Shown here: piece by piece, positions 40,660 to 54,525 of the stretch | Position numbering within the stretch: the first letter of the stretch is position 1 | How the letters are laid out: every line of letters starts with the position of its first letter | Origin: the human T2T-CHM13v2.0 reference genome, Homo sapiens | NCBI RefSeq assembly: GCF_009914755.1 | Contig: NC_060925.1 | Length of the DNA: 64,000 bases | Direction: 5' to 3' (one strand) | Position numbers and translations under genes: made by a program | The notes under the pieces: generated by a model | Databases searched by the model: none | Told to the model about the DNA's origin: nothing | The model's input: the letters and a program-made list of their open reading frames with translations, nothing else

Positions 40660-43600
40660 CTACATTATTTTTGTTTTTAAAAAGAGGAATTACTGATTGT
40701 TTTATTTGTGAAATCATGAGTTTCTTCATTTTCTAGGAGTCTTTATAATAGTGCATGAAAACTAAAACATCCCTGTTTTACTTTTACCCTAGAATAATGT
40801 ATCTGGCAAAAATATCCTTTAAGCATGCAGGAGAAATAAAGACCTTCCAGACAACCAAAAGCTGAGGGATTTCATTAACACCAGACCTCTCCTACAAGAA
40901 ATGCTAAAGGGAGTTCTTCAGTCTGAAAGGAAAGGATGTTAATAAGCAAGAAAAGATCATCTGAAGGTATAAAACTCACTGGAAATAGTAAGTACACAGA
41001 AAACACAGAATAATGTTAAAATGTAATTGTGGTGTGTAACTATGCTTGACTTAGGCAGAAAGACTAATTGATGAACCAATCAAAAATAATAACTACAACT
41101 TTTGAAGACATAGTACAATAAGATGTAAAGAGAACAATAAAAAGGTAAAAAGCAGGGAAATATAGTTAAAGTGTAGAGTTTTTAATAGTTTTTTTCATGT
41201 GTCTTTGTTTATTCAATCAGTGTTAAGTTGTCAGCAGTTTAAAATATTGGGTTTAAGATAGCATTTGCAACCCTCTTGGTCACCTCAAATCAGAAAACAT
41301 ACAATGGATATGTGAAAAATAAAAGGCAGGAAATTAAAGCATACCATGAGAGAAAATCAACTTCACTAAAAGAAAGACAGGAAAAGAGAAGAAAGAAAAG
41401 AACACAAAACAACCATAAAACAAAGAACAAAATGGCAGGAATAACTCCCTACTTATCAATAATAACAAAATGTAAATGGACTAAACTCTCTGGTCAAAAG
41501 ACACAGAGTGCCTGAATAGATGAAAAAACAAGACCCAATGATCTACTGCTTAAAAAAAATCACTTCCTCTATAATGAAAATAATAAGATAGAAAAATATA
41601 TTCCATGTCAAGAGAAATCAAAAAAAGCAAAAGTAGCTATACTTATATGAGACAAAATAGATTTCAAGACAAAAACTATAAGAGAAAAAGAAGCTCATTA
41701 CATAATGGGTCAATTTAGCAAGAAGATATAATGATTGTAAATATAATGCACCCAACACTGGAAAACCCCGATATGTAAGGCAAAATATTACTCCCAGAAA
41801 GAAAATCAATAAAGAAACATAGGACTTAATGTGCACCATAGAACAAATGAACATAATAGATAAGACACCAATATGTAAGGCAAAATATTACTAGAGCTAA
41901 AGGGAGGGACAGACCTCAATACACTAATAGCTGATTAAACACATCACTTTCAGCATAGGACAGACCTCCCAGAAAGAAAATCAATAAAGAAACATGAGAC
42001 TTAATGTGCACTATAGAGCAAATGAACATAATAGATATTTACAGAACACTTCATCCAATGGCTGCACAATATGCATTCTTTTCCTCAGCACATCGGTCAT
42101 TCTCAAGGATAGACCTTATGTCACAAAACAATTCTTAAAACATTAAAAAAAAGAAATAATATCACTCATTGAGTCTAACAAGGGAATAAAACTATAAATC
42201 AATAACAATAGCAATTATGAAAGGTGTAAAAACACATAGATATTAAGCAGTATGTGCATGAATGACCATGGGTCAATGAAGAAGTTAAGAGGAAATTGAA
42301 AAATTTCTTGAAACAAATGATAATGGAAGAACAACATACCAAAACCCATAGGATACAGCAAAAGCAGTACTAAGAGGTAAATTTATAGTTTTAAGTGCCT
42401 ACTTCAAGAAACGTTAGAAATATTTATAAATGCAATGAATGTGAAACTCTTGCCAAACATCAAATAAATAACTTAATAATGCATCTTAAAGAGCTATAAA
42501 AACAAGAGCCAACCAAACCCCAAATTAGTAGACCATAAGAAATAATAAAGATCAGAGCAGAAATAAATGAATTTGAAATGAACAATACAAAAGATGAATG
42601 AATAAAACATTGGTTTCTTGAAAAAATAAACAAAATTGACAAGTGCCAAACCAACTAAGAAAAAAGAGAGAAAAACTAAATAAATCAAATCGGAGATGAA
42701 AAAGGAGATAGTACAACTGATACCACAGAAATTCAAAGGATCATTAGTGAGTACTATGATCAACTATATGTCAACAAGTTGGAAAATCTGGAGGAAATGG
42801 ATAATTTCCTAGACACATAGGGAGTACCAAGATTGAACTGAGAAGAAATCCAAAACCTGAACAAACCAATAACAAGAAATAATATTGAAGCCATAATAAC
42901 AAGAAAATCCTTTGACCCCATGGCTTCACTGCTGAATTCTACCAAACATTTAAAGAACTAATACCAATCCTACTCAAACTGCCCTGAAAAGTAGAGAGAA
43001 AGGAATACTTCCAATGTCATTCTACAAGACCAGTATTGCCCTGTTACCAAAACTGGACAAGAACCAACAAAAAAAGAAAACTACAGGCCAGTATCTCTGA
43101 TGAATATTGATACAAAAATCCTACACAAAATACTAGCAAACCAAATTCAATATTATATTGAAAAGATCATTTATCATGACCAACTGGGATATATCCCAGG
43201 GATGAAAAGTTGGGTCAACATATGCAAATCAATCAATGCGATACATCATATCAACAGAAGGAAGAATAAAAAATATACGATTATTTAAATTGATACTGAA
43301 GTAGCACTGGATAAAGTTCAACATACCTTCATGATAAAAACTCTTAAAAAACTTGGGACACAGGGAACAAACTTCAACATAATAAAAGCTATATATGGCA
43401 GACTCACAGATAGTATCATACTGCATGGGAAAAAAACTGGCAACCTTTCCTCTAAGGTTTGGAGCATAACAAGAATGTCCACTTTCTCCACTGTTATTCA
43501 CCATTGTAATGGAAGCACTAGCTACAGCAATCAGAAAGGAGAAAGAAATAAAGGGCATCCAAATTGGAAAGGAAGAAATCACATTATCCTTATTTGCAGA

Positions 43601-45971
43601 TGATACTTATATTTAGAATAATATTACATTTGGAATAACCTAAAAGACTACACAGAAAACTATTAGAACTGTTAAGCAAATTCAGTAAAGTCGCAGGATA
43701 CAAAATCAACATACAAAAATCAGTAGCATTTCTATATGCCAACAGTTAAAAATCTAAAAAAGAAATCAAAAAGCAATTCCATTTACAATAGTCACAAATA
43801 TAATTCAATACATAGGAATTAATGTAACCAAAGAAGTGAAAGATGTCTATAATAAAAACTATAAAATACTAATGTAAGAAATTAAAGAGGACACGAAAAT
43901 AATGAAAAAATTTTCCATGTTCACAGGTTGGAAGAATCAATATTGTTAAAATGTCCATACGACCCAAAGCAATCTACTTATTCAATGCCATCCCAATTAA
44001 AATACCAATGACATTCTTCACAGAAATAAAAAAATATATAAAATTTATATGGAATCACAAAACACCCAGATAGCAAAGGTTATCCTAAGCAAAAATAACA
44101 AACCTGAAAGAATCACATGACCTGATTCAAATTATACTGCAAAGCTGTAGTAACCAAAACAGCATGGTAGGTACTGGCATAAAAACAGACACACAGACCA
44201 ATGGAAAACAATAAAGAACCCAAAAACAAATCCACATCCCTATGGTGATCTCATTTTTGACAAATGTGTCAAAACTATTCATTGGGGAAAGGACAGTCTC
44301 TTCTATAAATAGTGCTGGGAAAACTGGATATCCATATGCACAATATTGAAATTTGACCCCTATATCTCACCTTATACAAAAATCAAATCAAAATGAATTA
44401 AAGACTTAAATCTAAGACCTCAAGCTGTGAAACTACTACAAGAAAACACTGGGGAAACTCTCCAGAACATTGATCTGGGCAAAAATTTCTTGAGTAATAA
44501 CCCACAAGCACAGGCAACCAAGCAAAAACGACAAATAAGATCACATCAAGTTAAAAACCTTCTGCTCTGCCAAAGAAGCAGTCAACAAAGTGAAGACACA
44601 ACACACAGAATGGGAGAAAGTATTTCCAAATACCCATTTCACAAGAGATTAATAACCAAAATATAAAGAGGTCAAACAACTCTATAGGAAAACCATCTAA
44701 TAATTCAATTAAAATTGGGTGAAAGATTTGAATACACGTTTTTCAAAAGAAAACATACGAATGGCAAACAGGTATATGAGAAGGAACTCAACATCATTGA
44801 TCATCCGAAAAATGCAAATCAAAACTGTAATGAGATAACCTCTCACCCGAGTTAAAATGGCTTTTTTCCAAAAGTCAGCAATAACAAATGCTAGTGAGGA
44901 TGTGAAGAATTGTTGGTGGGAATATAAATTAGCTCAACCAGTATAGAAAACAGTTTGGTAGTTCATCAGAAAACTAAAACTAGAGCAACCATACAGTCCA
45001 ACAATCCCACTGCTGGGTATATACCCAAAAGAAAGGGAATCAGTATATTGGAGATATCTGCACTCTCTTGTTTGTTGCAGCACTGTTCACAATAGCCAAG
45101 ATTTTGAAGCAACATAAGTGTCCGTCGACAGGTGAATGGGTAAAGAAAATGTGATACTTACACACAACAGAGTACTATTTAACCATAAAAAAGAATATGA
45201 TTTTGTCATTTGCAACAACATGGATGGAACTGGAGGTCATTATGTTAAGTGAAATAAGCCAGGCACTGAAAGACAAACATTGCATGCTCTTATTTATTTG
45301 TGGGACCTGACAATCAAAGCAATTGAACTCATGGAGAAAAAGAATGGAAGGATGGTTACTGGATGCTGAGGTGAGGGGTATTGGGAGAGGAGGGTGGAAG
45401 TAGGGATGATTAATAAATACAAAAAATATAGAGTTAGGAAAAATGAATAAGACTTAGTATTTGACAGCACAAGAGGGGGTCTATAGTCAATAATAATTTA
45501 ATCATATATTTTATAATCACAGTATAATTGAATTGTTCAGAACAAAAAGAATAAATGCTTGAGGGTATAGATACCCTATTTTCCATGATGTGATTATTAT
45601 GCATCATGTACCTGTACGAAAATATCTCATATACCCCTGAAATATATACACCTACCATGTACCCGCAAAAGTTAGAAATTTGTTTTAATAAAACGTTCCT
45701 TGTTTTAGAATGACATAAAGGGATGGTACAAAATTCAACTTTTCTAGAATTCTCATAGTATTTGGATTTTTATCATAATTTTGAATGAGGATTTAAAAAT
45801 CATAGCAAATGCCATCATATCATTTCTTGAGGAATCTAATGGTCTCAGTGAACACTGTAGCTTAGTCTTAATTAATAGTCAAGATGTCATTTTTCATGGC
45901 CCCTGCAAATATTCTCCTCATACAAAGTTCATGACTCAACAAGATCTCGTGTAGAAAAAAAAAATGGTGGG
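40660..45971 (-). pseudogene. Exon split by L1MA2 (45971-45708 plus 40780-40660)
   Basis: Acceptor ttattctattgtcag|, donor TAG|GTATGG; frame continuous after removing the L1 and one TSD copy. Confidence 0.7.
40781..45689 (+). mobile_element. L1MA2-like LINE, 5'-truncated within ORF1
   Basis: ORF1 end, disrupted ORF2, L1MA1-3-type 3'UTR; degenerate TSD aaaacatccctgtttta / aaaacgttccttgtttta. Confidence 0.88.
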
Positions 45972-46050
45972 CTGACAATAGAATAATAGTCTGGCCCATC
46001 ATGTACACAAGGTTTATTAATTAATAGCAATGTTATTCTATTTTACTTAC

Positions 46051-46529
46051 CACTGAGCATCTAATCTCATCAAAGTGATAAGTATGCAAAAATAAAAGTA
46101 TAGGATTATTAAAGAGGGTAAATTAAAAAAAACTTCAATTTTTTGAAGACTTGTTTGTGAATAAGCTCATGTAATTTCCATGATCAAGTAGGTCAATAAG
46201 CCAACTTTTCAGTTATTTACATCTTTTAAATTAAAAAGAAATTTACTATTTTAAGGTGCGTCTTTTGTTCCAAATGAAATCAAACTTCCTTATCAAAGAA
46301 TGCCTTTCAGAAATACTAAGAAAAAGCAATGAGATCTCATTGTCCTTATGTAGCAAAATGTGAGAAGTTGCACAACCTGACAGAGAATGTTCTGTAATAT
46401 TTTATCTCACTGTTGTCATCAAAATGTTACAAATTAGCATCATGCCAAAGTGGATGAGGTACACTTTCCAGAAAGCACTTTTTAATTGTAAGCCGATATT
46501 AAGATAGAGTGAATTATTGATTCTTATTT
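46051..46529 (-). pseudogene. Two candidate exons (~46051-46222; 46411-46529)
   Basis: Donor GTG|GTAAGT at 46050 with a 79-nt intron; 46529-46411 open for 39 codons between ttttctaattag| and ACA|GTGAGA. Confidence 0.5.
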
Positions 46530-46768
46530 CTAATTAGAAAATGACACAATATAATGAAACAAAAAAAATCTTCAGTAGAGGCAGCTTATACACTGTTGCA
46601 AAAATTGTGCATGTAACTCTCAAATGTCACATGAAAATATGCACATTCAAATCATAAATGGAAAGTAGAATCAAATAATTAAATCTAGAAAAATCTACAT
46701 CATTAATAAGGTCATAAAGTAAGGATATATCTGACAATTTTATAATAATTTGAAAATCTAAAATAACG

Positions 46769-46794
46769 TGTGTGTGTGTGTGTGTGTGTGTGTG
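46769..46794. repeat. (TG)n microsatellite
   Basis: Direct reading. Confidence 0.95.
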
Positions 46795-47699
46795 GTTTTT
46801 TGTTTCTTTTGTTGTTTTTGTTAATTTGGGGGGTGTTTTTTACTTGTTTTTGTTTTGGCTTGCAGCATTTGCAGGAAAATGGGAGGAATAATATTTTCAC
46901 AACCAGTGCAACAAGGCAATTATTATGTAATTTACAAGAATGTCTAGTGTCTTCCGAAACCTGGCCAGTAATTTGCCAGGAAAACGAAACAAAAAGCAAA
47001 TAGGCTGTGAGCTTAGGGTAAGAAGACAAAATGCTGACTTAAATAAGTTTATGACTCATCACTTATCCTTGCCTTTTCTAAGTGTTTTCCTGAAGGGATT
47101 CTATTTATTACTCTTTTTATAAAGTTGACACATCTTTTCTCAGAGTTAAAATATTTCTTATTGTTTTGCAGAAATGTAGTAAACCTGAAAAATACACATT
47201 AAATCAAATGTGTGAGCTTTTGAATTTTTATTATGTATAAAAATTTGATTATAAATCTTTAATTACATCACACAAGTTTATATAAACTTTTAAGAAAAGG
47301 TGTAATATCTTTGTAAACAAGTAATGTCTTAATAAAACAAGTAATAGCATAAGAGGCACATTGATTTGAAATACAAATGAGGTATGCATAAGAAAGTCAC
47401 ACCTAAATTTGTTTTAAAAGGTATGTAAACAGTAGCTGTTTTACTTGGAAACAAAAAAAAAAATCACTGAATATAGTCCTATATTGATCTCATTTAAAGC
47501 ACAGCTTTTTAAGATCACTTGAAAACAACAGATCTTTTCCACAAGTGTTTCACATGTAATCTATTTACTTCAATAGAAGTCACAGTAAATAAATGGAATG
47601 CTCTTTCTCTTATTAATTTATATTTTTATTTTATTGCATATTTTATGCATAACCTGGCAGTAATTTAAAAAATAAAAAACACCATATTTCCCATGTTAC

Positions 47700-48440
47700 A
47701 ATGGGATACGTGGTATTTTATGCCTGCACAGAAACTCATCCCATGAATACATATATTTCATTAATTAATAGGCCATTCCTCCAATTTTGAATATTTCGAT
47801 TGTTTCCAGTTTTATGCTGTTATAAATGAACTATGAATGTCATTTCAGATACGTTCTTAGGGTAGATTCCCAGAAGTGGAGTTACTTGGTCAAAGAGTAG
47901 AACATTTCAATGCTCTTGATAAATATTGACAAATCTTTTTGCAAAGGGTTGCACAAATTTACCTTCCCATTAGCAAAGTAAGAAAGTTTCTATTTTAGCA
48001 AAGTAAGAAAGTTTCTATTTTACTATATCCTCTTTCACACTAAACAGCTTAATTGTAAAAAGCACAACTAAATATGGCATTTCATTTTAATGTGCATTTC
48101 TCTGTTTTTTAGTGATGTAATCTTTCTGTGGTTAGAATATATTTCGATTGCATCTTTTCTTGATTTTCTAATTAGTTCTTTGCAAAATATTCTCTGAATT
48201 TTTTTATAATACAACAATCAATCCATTGTTGAATTTTCCCAGTGTATTATCCATCTTTTAATTTTCTATGTGTATGTATGTGTGTGCATACAGGACACGT
48301 TAAATAAGACATTTCATTCTTTTTCTTAGAAAGACTGCTTCTTCAGTCTTATTTGTAATCTTAGGAAGGTTTTCTCCATTCAGATGTTATTTGATAAATA
48401 TTCTAAATATTCGATTAATTATTTTTCTTTTTAAATAATT
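47700..48440 (-). mobile_element. Old L1 (L1ME-like) fragment
   Basis: gggtagattcccagaagtgga...aatttaccttcccattagca reverse L1M text. Confidence 0.7.
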
Positions 48441-48732
48441 TAATTTGCCGTATGTGATTCTTTTACATTCATTCATCTAAAAAGTTGAGTAAAATGCTTG
48501 CTTTGCATCCAGAGGAACTGCACTAAACTTGGCATAAAGCAATAGTGAACAAAACCTGATGCAGCCCCTGTGCTTGTGTAGCTTAAAATTTGCTGCAGGA
48601 GACAGCCCTTAATAAAAGGAATGTTATGCAAAAGACGACAAAACCTAAATTAGGTAAAGGGAACGGTGAAGCAGAAAAATAATCTTTCACTCAAACAATG
48701 TGGTATTAAAGAAATTAAAATGATTTTGGTGT

Positions 48733-49400
48733 TGTAAGGACAAATGCAAATTAAAAACAAGATGATTAATTTTCCATGTTGAAAATATGGAGACTTCTCT
48801 CTCCTCCTTTTTCTTAATTTACTTTTTAAAAATTAGAATTGTGAAGTACATCGTCTTCTCTTTGAAATGTATATAAGTCCTTTGGAAAGCTAAGTAGGCT
48901 TTTTGTCAGCTTTATGATCCATTAATATCTTTCTTAAGAACCTGAATGCCATCTCTTTGAAATATAAAGAACAAAAGGGGTAACATCCCTACCTATCTCA
49001 CTCTCTGTGGGAAAACAGGAGCCTAACTTTAGTGGGCACCTTGTTCCAAGTGGCAAAATGACTTCCTGTAATAATGATATGATGTTTTTTTTTCCCCCCT
49101 CTGGATAAAAACAATTAGTCATCACACAGGGTCACCCCAACTACCAGGTAAAGCTACTTGTGACAAATGGTGCTGCCTTGTCCTCTTCCTTGAGGACTGG
49201 TTATTGTGTATCTTTAAAACATTTATATAAAGTCCCGTACCTAGTTGGCTTCAGAATTTCCTTCCATCTTTGTAGTACCTTAATAGATTGCCTGTGATGT
49301 GTATCACATTCCAGTTTAATACTTATTCAGCAATGAAGGTTTCCTTTTTCTACTGCCTTTGTGGTGAGAATTTCTAGGTAGGAAGATTTTGTTTTTCCAT
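48733..49400 (+). mobile_element. MER67-like ERV1 LTR
   Basis: gccatctctttgaaat...ggagcctaactt...gattgcctgtgatg resemble MER67C. Confidence 0.8.
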
Positions 49401-49905
49401 GTGAAAAGAGGGGAAATATGCTTAGTTTTATATTATAAAATAATATTTTAAGTGACCTAATGATGAATTACATATTTCAAAATTACTAAAAGAGTAGTTT
49501 TGAAATGTTCTTATAATTAAAAATGTATAGGCCATAATAGATATATTAATTAGCTTGATTTAATCATTCCACGACTTATACATATATCAGGGCATCACAT
49601 TATATCCCATAAATATATATTATTACTATCTGTCAGTTAAGTTTAAAGAGAAAAAAAGGTCAAAGTTTTAGGAAAAAAAAGATCTCTCTAACTGTAAAGG
49701 AGAAAAGAGATTAGAGGAATGGACTAGTCTTTCCTAACTAATAAAGGGTTCAGGTGAGAAATGGTAGGAATTTAGAATAGGGTGGGAGTGATAAAGAAGA
49801 GAAGTATATGTATTTATGATATCTCATATATAAGATCAATAGGATCTGGTGGTGCGTTGGATATCACAATGAGAGGCATAAAGATGACTCCTAAGTTGTT
49901 GATAT

Positions 49906-50042
49906 TGTAAACCAAAAAGTATCTGAGACAAGTTTCAATCAATTTAGAAGTTTATTTTGCCAAGGTTAAAGAATGCTCACGTTGCAGTGAGCTGAGATCA
50001 CGCCACTGCACTCCAGCCTGGACACAGAGCGAGACTTCATCT

Positions 50043-50084
<42 letters not shown>

Positions 50085-50919
50085 AGAAGAAGAAAGAAAG
50101 AATAGAAGAACAGAAATGCTCGTTACACAGCCTCAGGAGATCCTGACAACACGTGTCCAAAGCGGTTGGGATACAGCTTGGTTTTATACATTTTAGGCAG
50201 ACAAGAGATAAGATATTAATCAATACATGTAAGATGTACATTGACTCCCTTCAGAAAGGCAGAACAACTCCAGGGAGTAAAGGAGGAGTCTCCAGGTCAT
50301 AGAGGGATTAAAAGATTTGGCAACTGGTTGAAAGAGTTTATCTAAAGACCTGGAATTCATAGAAGGGAGTGTCTGGGTTAAGATCGGGGATGAGGAGACC
50401 AAGGTTCTTAATATGCAGATGAGTCTTATCAAGCTTCAGAGAAAATAGATTGCAAATGTTTCTTATTGACTTGAAAAAGGTGCCAGGCCCTTAGTTAATT
50501 CTCTCCTGGATCAGGGAAAAGACCTGGAAAGGGAATGGAATTCTCAACAAAATGTAGATTTTTCCCACAAGAGACAGCTTTTCAGGGCCATTTCAAAATA
50601 TGACAAAGAAATATATATTTTGGAATAAAATATTTTGATTTATTTCAGGACCTGCTATCTGTCATGACACTATACTAGTGTCAGGCTGGAATTTGGTACC
50701 TTATTGCTACAAAAAGTCTTAAGATCTCTGTTTTAATGTTAATGTTGGTCAGTTGTGCCTGCATTCAAAAGGAAGGAGGGTATGTTGAGGCATGTCTGTC
50801 CACCTCCTTACCATCATGGCCTGAACTAGTTTTGCAGGCTAACTTTGAAATGCTCTTGGCCAAGAGGAGGGGTCCATTCAGATGATTGGAGGACTTAGAA
50901 TTTTATTTTTTAGTTTACA
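49906..50919 (-). mobile_element. MER4-family (MER4D-like) solo LTR
   Basis: TGTAAACC...GTTTACA termini and MER4-like body. Confidence 0.85.
49981..50105 (+). mobile_element. 5'-truncated Alu (last ~63 bp) with A39 tail, inside MER4
   Basis: gttgcagtgagctgagatcacgccactgcactccagcctgg followed by A 50044-50082. Confidence 0.9.
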
Positions 50920-51879
50920 ATAACATGGTAGATAGTATTCCAAGAAATTTGGACATGAAAGGAGCAGCAAATATGGGGGAGAGTCATGTGCTAGGTTTGA
51001 GAAATTTGAATACTGAATTTGAGGGAACTGGGGGAAAAAAACAAAAATAATAAATTGGTCATGATATCGTTGATTTTGAATTGATTACTACAGTAAGGTT
51101 CTGATTTCTTTCTTCTCTTTTTTTTTTTTCCTGAATTGCTAATTACTCCCAAGGCAATTCTATTTTAGCTCAATGTCTTTAACAATCAATGTCCGCTATT
51201 GACAAAAGTAAACAAGGAAACCAAACGAAATACCTGAGTACCCAATAAAATACTATTTTCTTTCACACCAGATATTTTCTTTTCAATTTAGCTAAACTCT
51301 ACCATCTAAATATAGTGCAGAATCTTTGCTTTAAACTCATCCTAGTTGTCCATTGACCTTCTGTGTAGAAAATTAACATAAAGGAGTAAATACTTTATTA
51401 TTTAGAGGCTGTCCCAAAATTTGAGGTTTCTAACATCCAGGACTTGAGCACTACATGTAAGAATAGTAATTACTCTACACCTTCAACCTTCAGTCTTTCC
51501 CCAAAATTGCCAAAAATGTAGGAACCTTACTCTAGGTCCTAATCACTAGCCTTGCCAGTTGCCAGGAGAGGAAATCAGGCCTTAGAAATACGAAAGAAAG
51601 ACAGAGTATTTTTTTGTTGTTTTGGTTATTCTCTTTTAGGGGTTAGAATTTTTGTTCCAACACTTTTCTCCCATTCCTTTTCCAATCACTAGTAATGAAG
51701 AAATACCGTGACTGCTTTGGTATAATTTTCATGAGATGTTGGGGAGTGACTGTGTTATTAAAACCATCTGTTTGGGTTGCCACCTGGAAATGCAGTCTGT
51801 CATTTCAAAGAAGTGGTATTCATCGTTATCATTTTATCCCCAATAACAAAAAAAAAAAAGAAAAAAGAAAAAAAAAAAA

Positions 51880-54525
51880 ACTTTTCAAACTCTTCCAAAA
51901 AACAGAAGAGCAAATACTTCTAAACTCATCTTATGAAACCAACATTACCTTCATACCAAAAATAGACAAAGAAACTACAAGAAAAGAAAATTTTAGCATA
52001 ATATGTATGGTTAATATAAATCCTCAACAAAATACTAGCAAGCCAAATTCAATAGCACATTGATAAGACCATTTACCATAACCAAGCGGTATTTATCCAT
52101 TTAACGCAACAATTATTCAACATATGCAAATCAAAAACTGTGATACATCACATCAACAAAATGAAAGACAAAATCATATGATTACCTCAATACATACAGA
52201 AAAAAATTTGAAAGAATTCAACATCCTTTCATAATAAAAGTATCAAGAAAGTACATGTAGAATAAACCTTAACACAATAAAGGCCATCTATTACAAGCCC
52301 ACATCACACATCATGCTCAATGAGGCAAAGTTGAAAGTTTCTTGTCTCAAATCAGGAACAAAAAAGCAATGACCATTCTTGCCACTTAAATTCAGCATAG
52401 TACTGTAAGTTCTAGCCAAAGCAATTAGGCAAGAAAAAGAATTAAAGTCATCCATATTAGAAAGAAAGAAGTTAAACTGACTATGTTTGCAGAGAACATG
52501 ATCTTATATATAGAAAATACAAAAGACCCCACCAAAAAACTTCTGAAAGAACTCAGAACTAATAAAGGACTTCAGTGGAGTTGCAGGATACAAAATCACA
52601 TACTAAAATTAGTAGGATTTCTACACACTAACAAGAAACTATCTGAAAAAAAATTCTTAATCCTGTTTATAATAGCTATAAAAATACTTAGGAAAAAAAT
52701 TAACCAAGGAAGTAAAAGACCTGTATCTTGCAAATTACAAAACACTGATGAAAGAAATTGAAGAAACAAATAAACAGAAAAATATTGCATGTTCGTGGAA
52801 TATAATAATTAATATTGCTAAAATGTCCACACTACCCAGTGATCTACAGATTCATTGAGATCCATATTAAAATTCTAATGACATTATTCACAGAAATGGA
52901 AAAATCAATTCCAAAATTTGAATGAAGCCACAAAAGACCACAAAAAGTCAACTCAATCTTCAGCAAAAAGAAAAAAAGTCAAAGGAACCACACTATCTGG
53001 CTTCAAATATACCACAAAGCTATAGTAATCAAAACAGCATAGTACTGGTATAAAAACAGATACAAAGATCAATGGAACAGAATAGACAGCCTAGAAATAA
53101 ATAGATACTTTAAAAGTCAATTGATTTTCAGCAAAGAAGACAAGGACACACAATGGAGAAAGGACAATCTCTTCAATAAATGGTGTTGGGACAACTTGCA
53201 GAAGAGTGAATTGAATTCTTATACACAAAATTCAACACAGATTAACTAAAGACCTAAATACAGACCTGAAACTGTAAAAGTAATAGATGAAAACATAGGA
53301 GAAAAGCTCCATGGCCTTTGTTTGGGCAATAATTTTTTGGATATCACCCCTTATGCATAGGCAACAAAACCAAAAAATAATCAAATAGGGTTACATAAAA
53401 CATCCCAGGAAAACAATCAACAGAGTGAAAGTAAAAGACAATCTACAGAATAGGAGAAAATATTTGCAAACCATATATCTGATAAAGGATTAACATACAA
53501 AATAAATAGAAAAAAAAACAAATCAATAGCAAAAAAAAAAAGCAATTTACAAATGGGTTTCTCAAAGAAAAACATATAAATGGCCAATAGATATATGAAA
53601 AAATCCTCAACATCACTAATCATTAGAGAAATGCAAATTAAAACCACAATGAGATATCACCTCATGCAGATTAGAATGGTTATTAGCAAAAAGACAAAAG
53701 ATAAGTGTTGGCTAGAATGTGGAGAAAGGGGAATATCTGCATACTGTTGGTGGAAGTGTGAATTAGTAGAGCCATTATGGAAAACTATCTAGAGATACTT
53801 CAAAAAAATAAAAAAATAGAACTGCCGTGTCATCCCATTGCTGGGTATACATCCAAAGGAAAATAAAATAACGTGTTGAAAAAATACCTGCACTACTATG
53901 TTCATGTAGCATTATTCACAATAGCCAAGATATGGAATCCACCTAGGTGTCCACCAATGGATGAAAACTTTTTAAAATGTTGTATATATACAAATCATTA
54001 TACATATATATATATATATATGTATATATGTTGTATATATTATCATCACTTAAAAAATGAAATACTATAATTTGGGACAACATGCATGAACCTAGAGGAC
54101 ATGATGTTAAGTGAAATAAGCCAAACACAGAAAGACAAATATTGCATGATCTCATTTATTATAAGTGGAATCTACAAAAGTTAAACCCATGGAAGTAGAG
54201 AATAGAATAGTGGTTACTAGAGGATGTGGGTGGGGAGGAGGCTGGAGAGATGTTGGTTAAATGATACAAAATTTATATTAGATATGAGGAATAAGTTCAA
54301 GAGATTTAATGTACAACACAGTAATTGTAGTTAATAACAATGTATTATATTCTTGAAAATCACTGAGAGTAGATTTTAAGCTTTCTCACTATAAAAATAA
54401 GTATCTGAGATGAGATTATATATGCTAATTAGCTGTATTTAGCAATTCTATAATGTATACATATTGTAAACGATAAATATATACAATTTTTATTTGTCAA
54501 TTTTAAAAATGAATTTGTAAAAAAG
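51880..54525 (+). mobile_element. 5'-truncated L1MA (L1MA5-7-like)
   Basis: Disrupted ORF2 RT/C-terminal fragments and L1MA-type 3'UTR. Confidence 0.85.

Noticed and set aside
47969-48022. Short tandem duplications (25 bp here; 17 bp at ~40616-40649; ~23 bp at 18730-18791)
   Set aside because: Ordinary slippage duplications.
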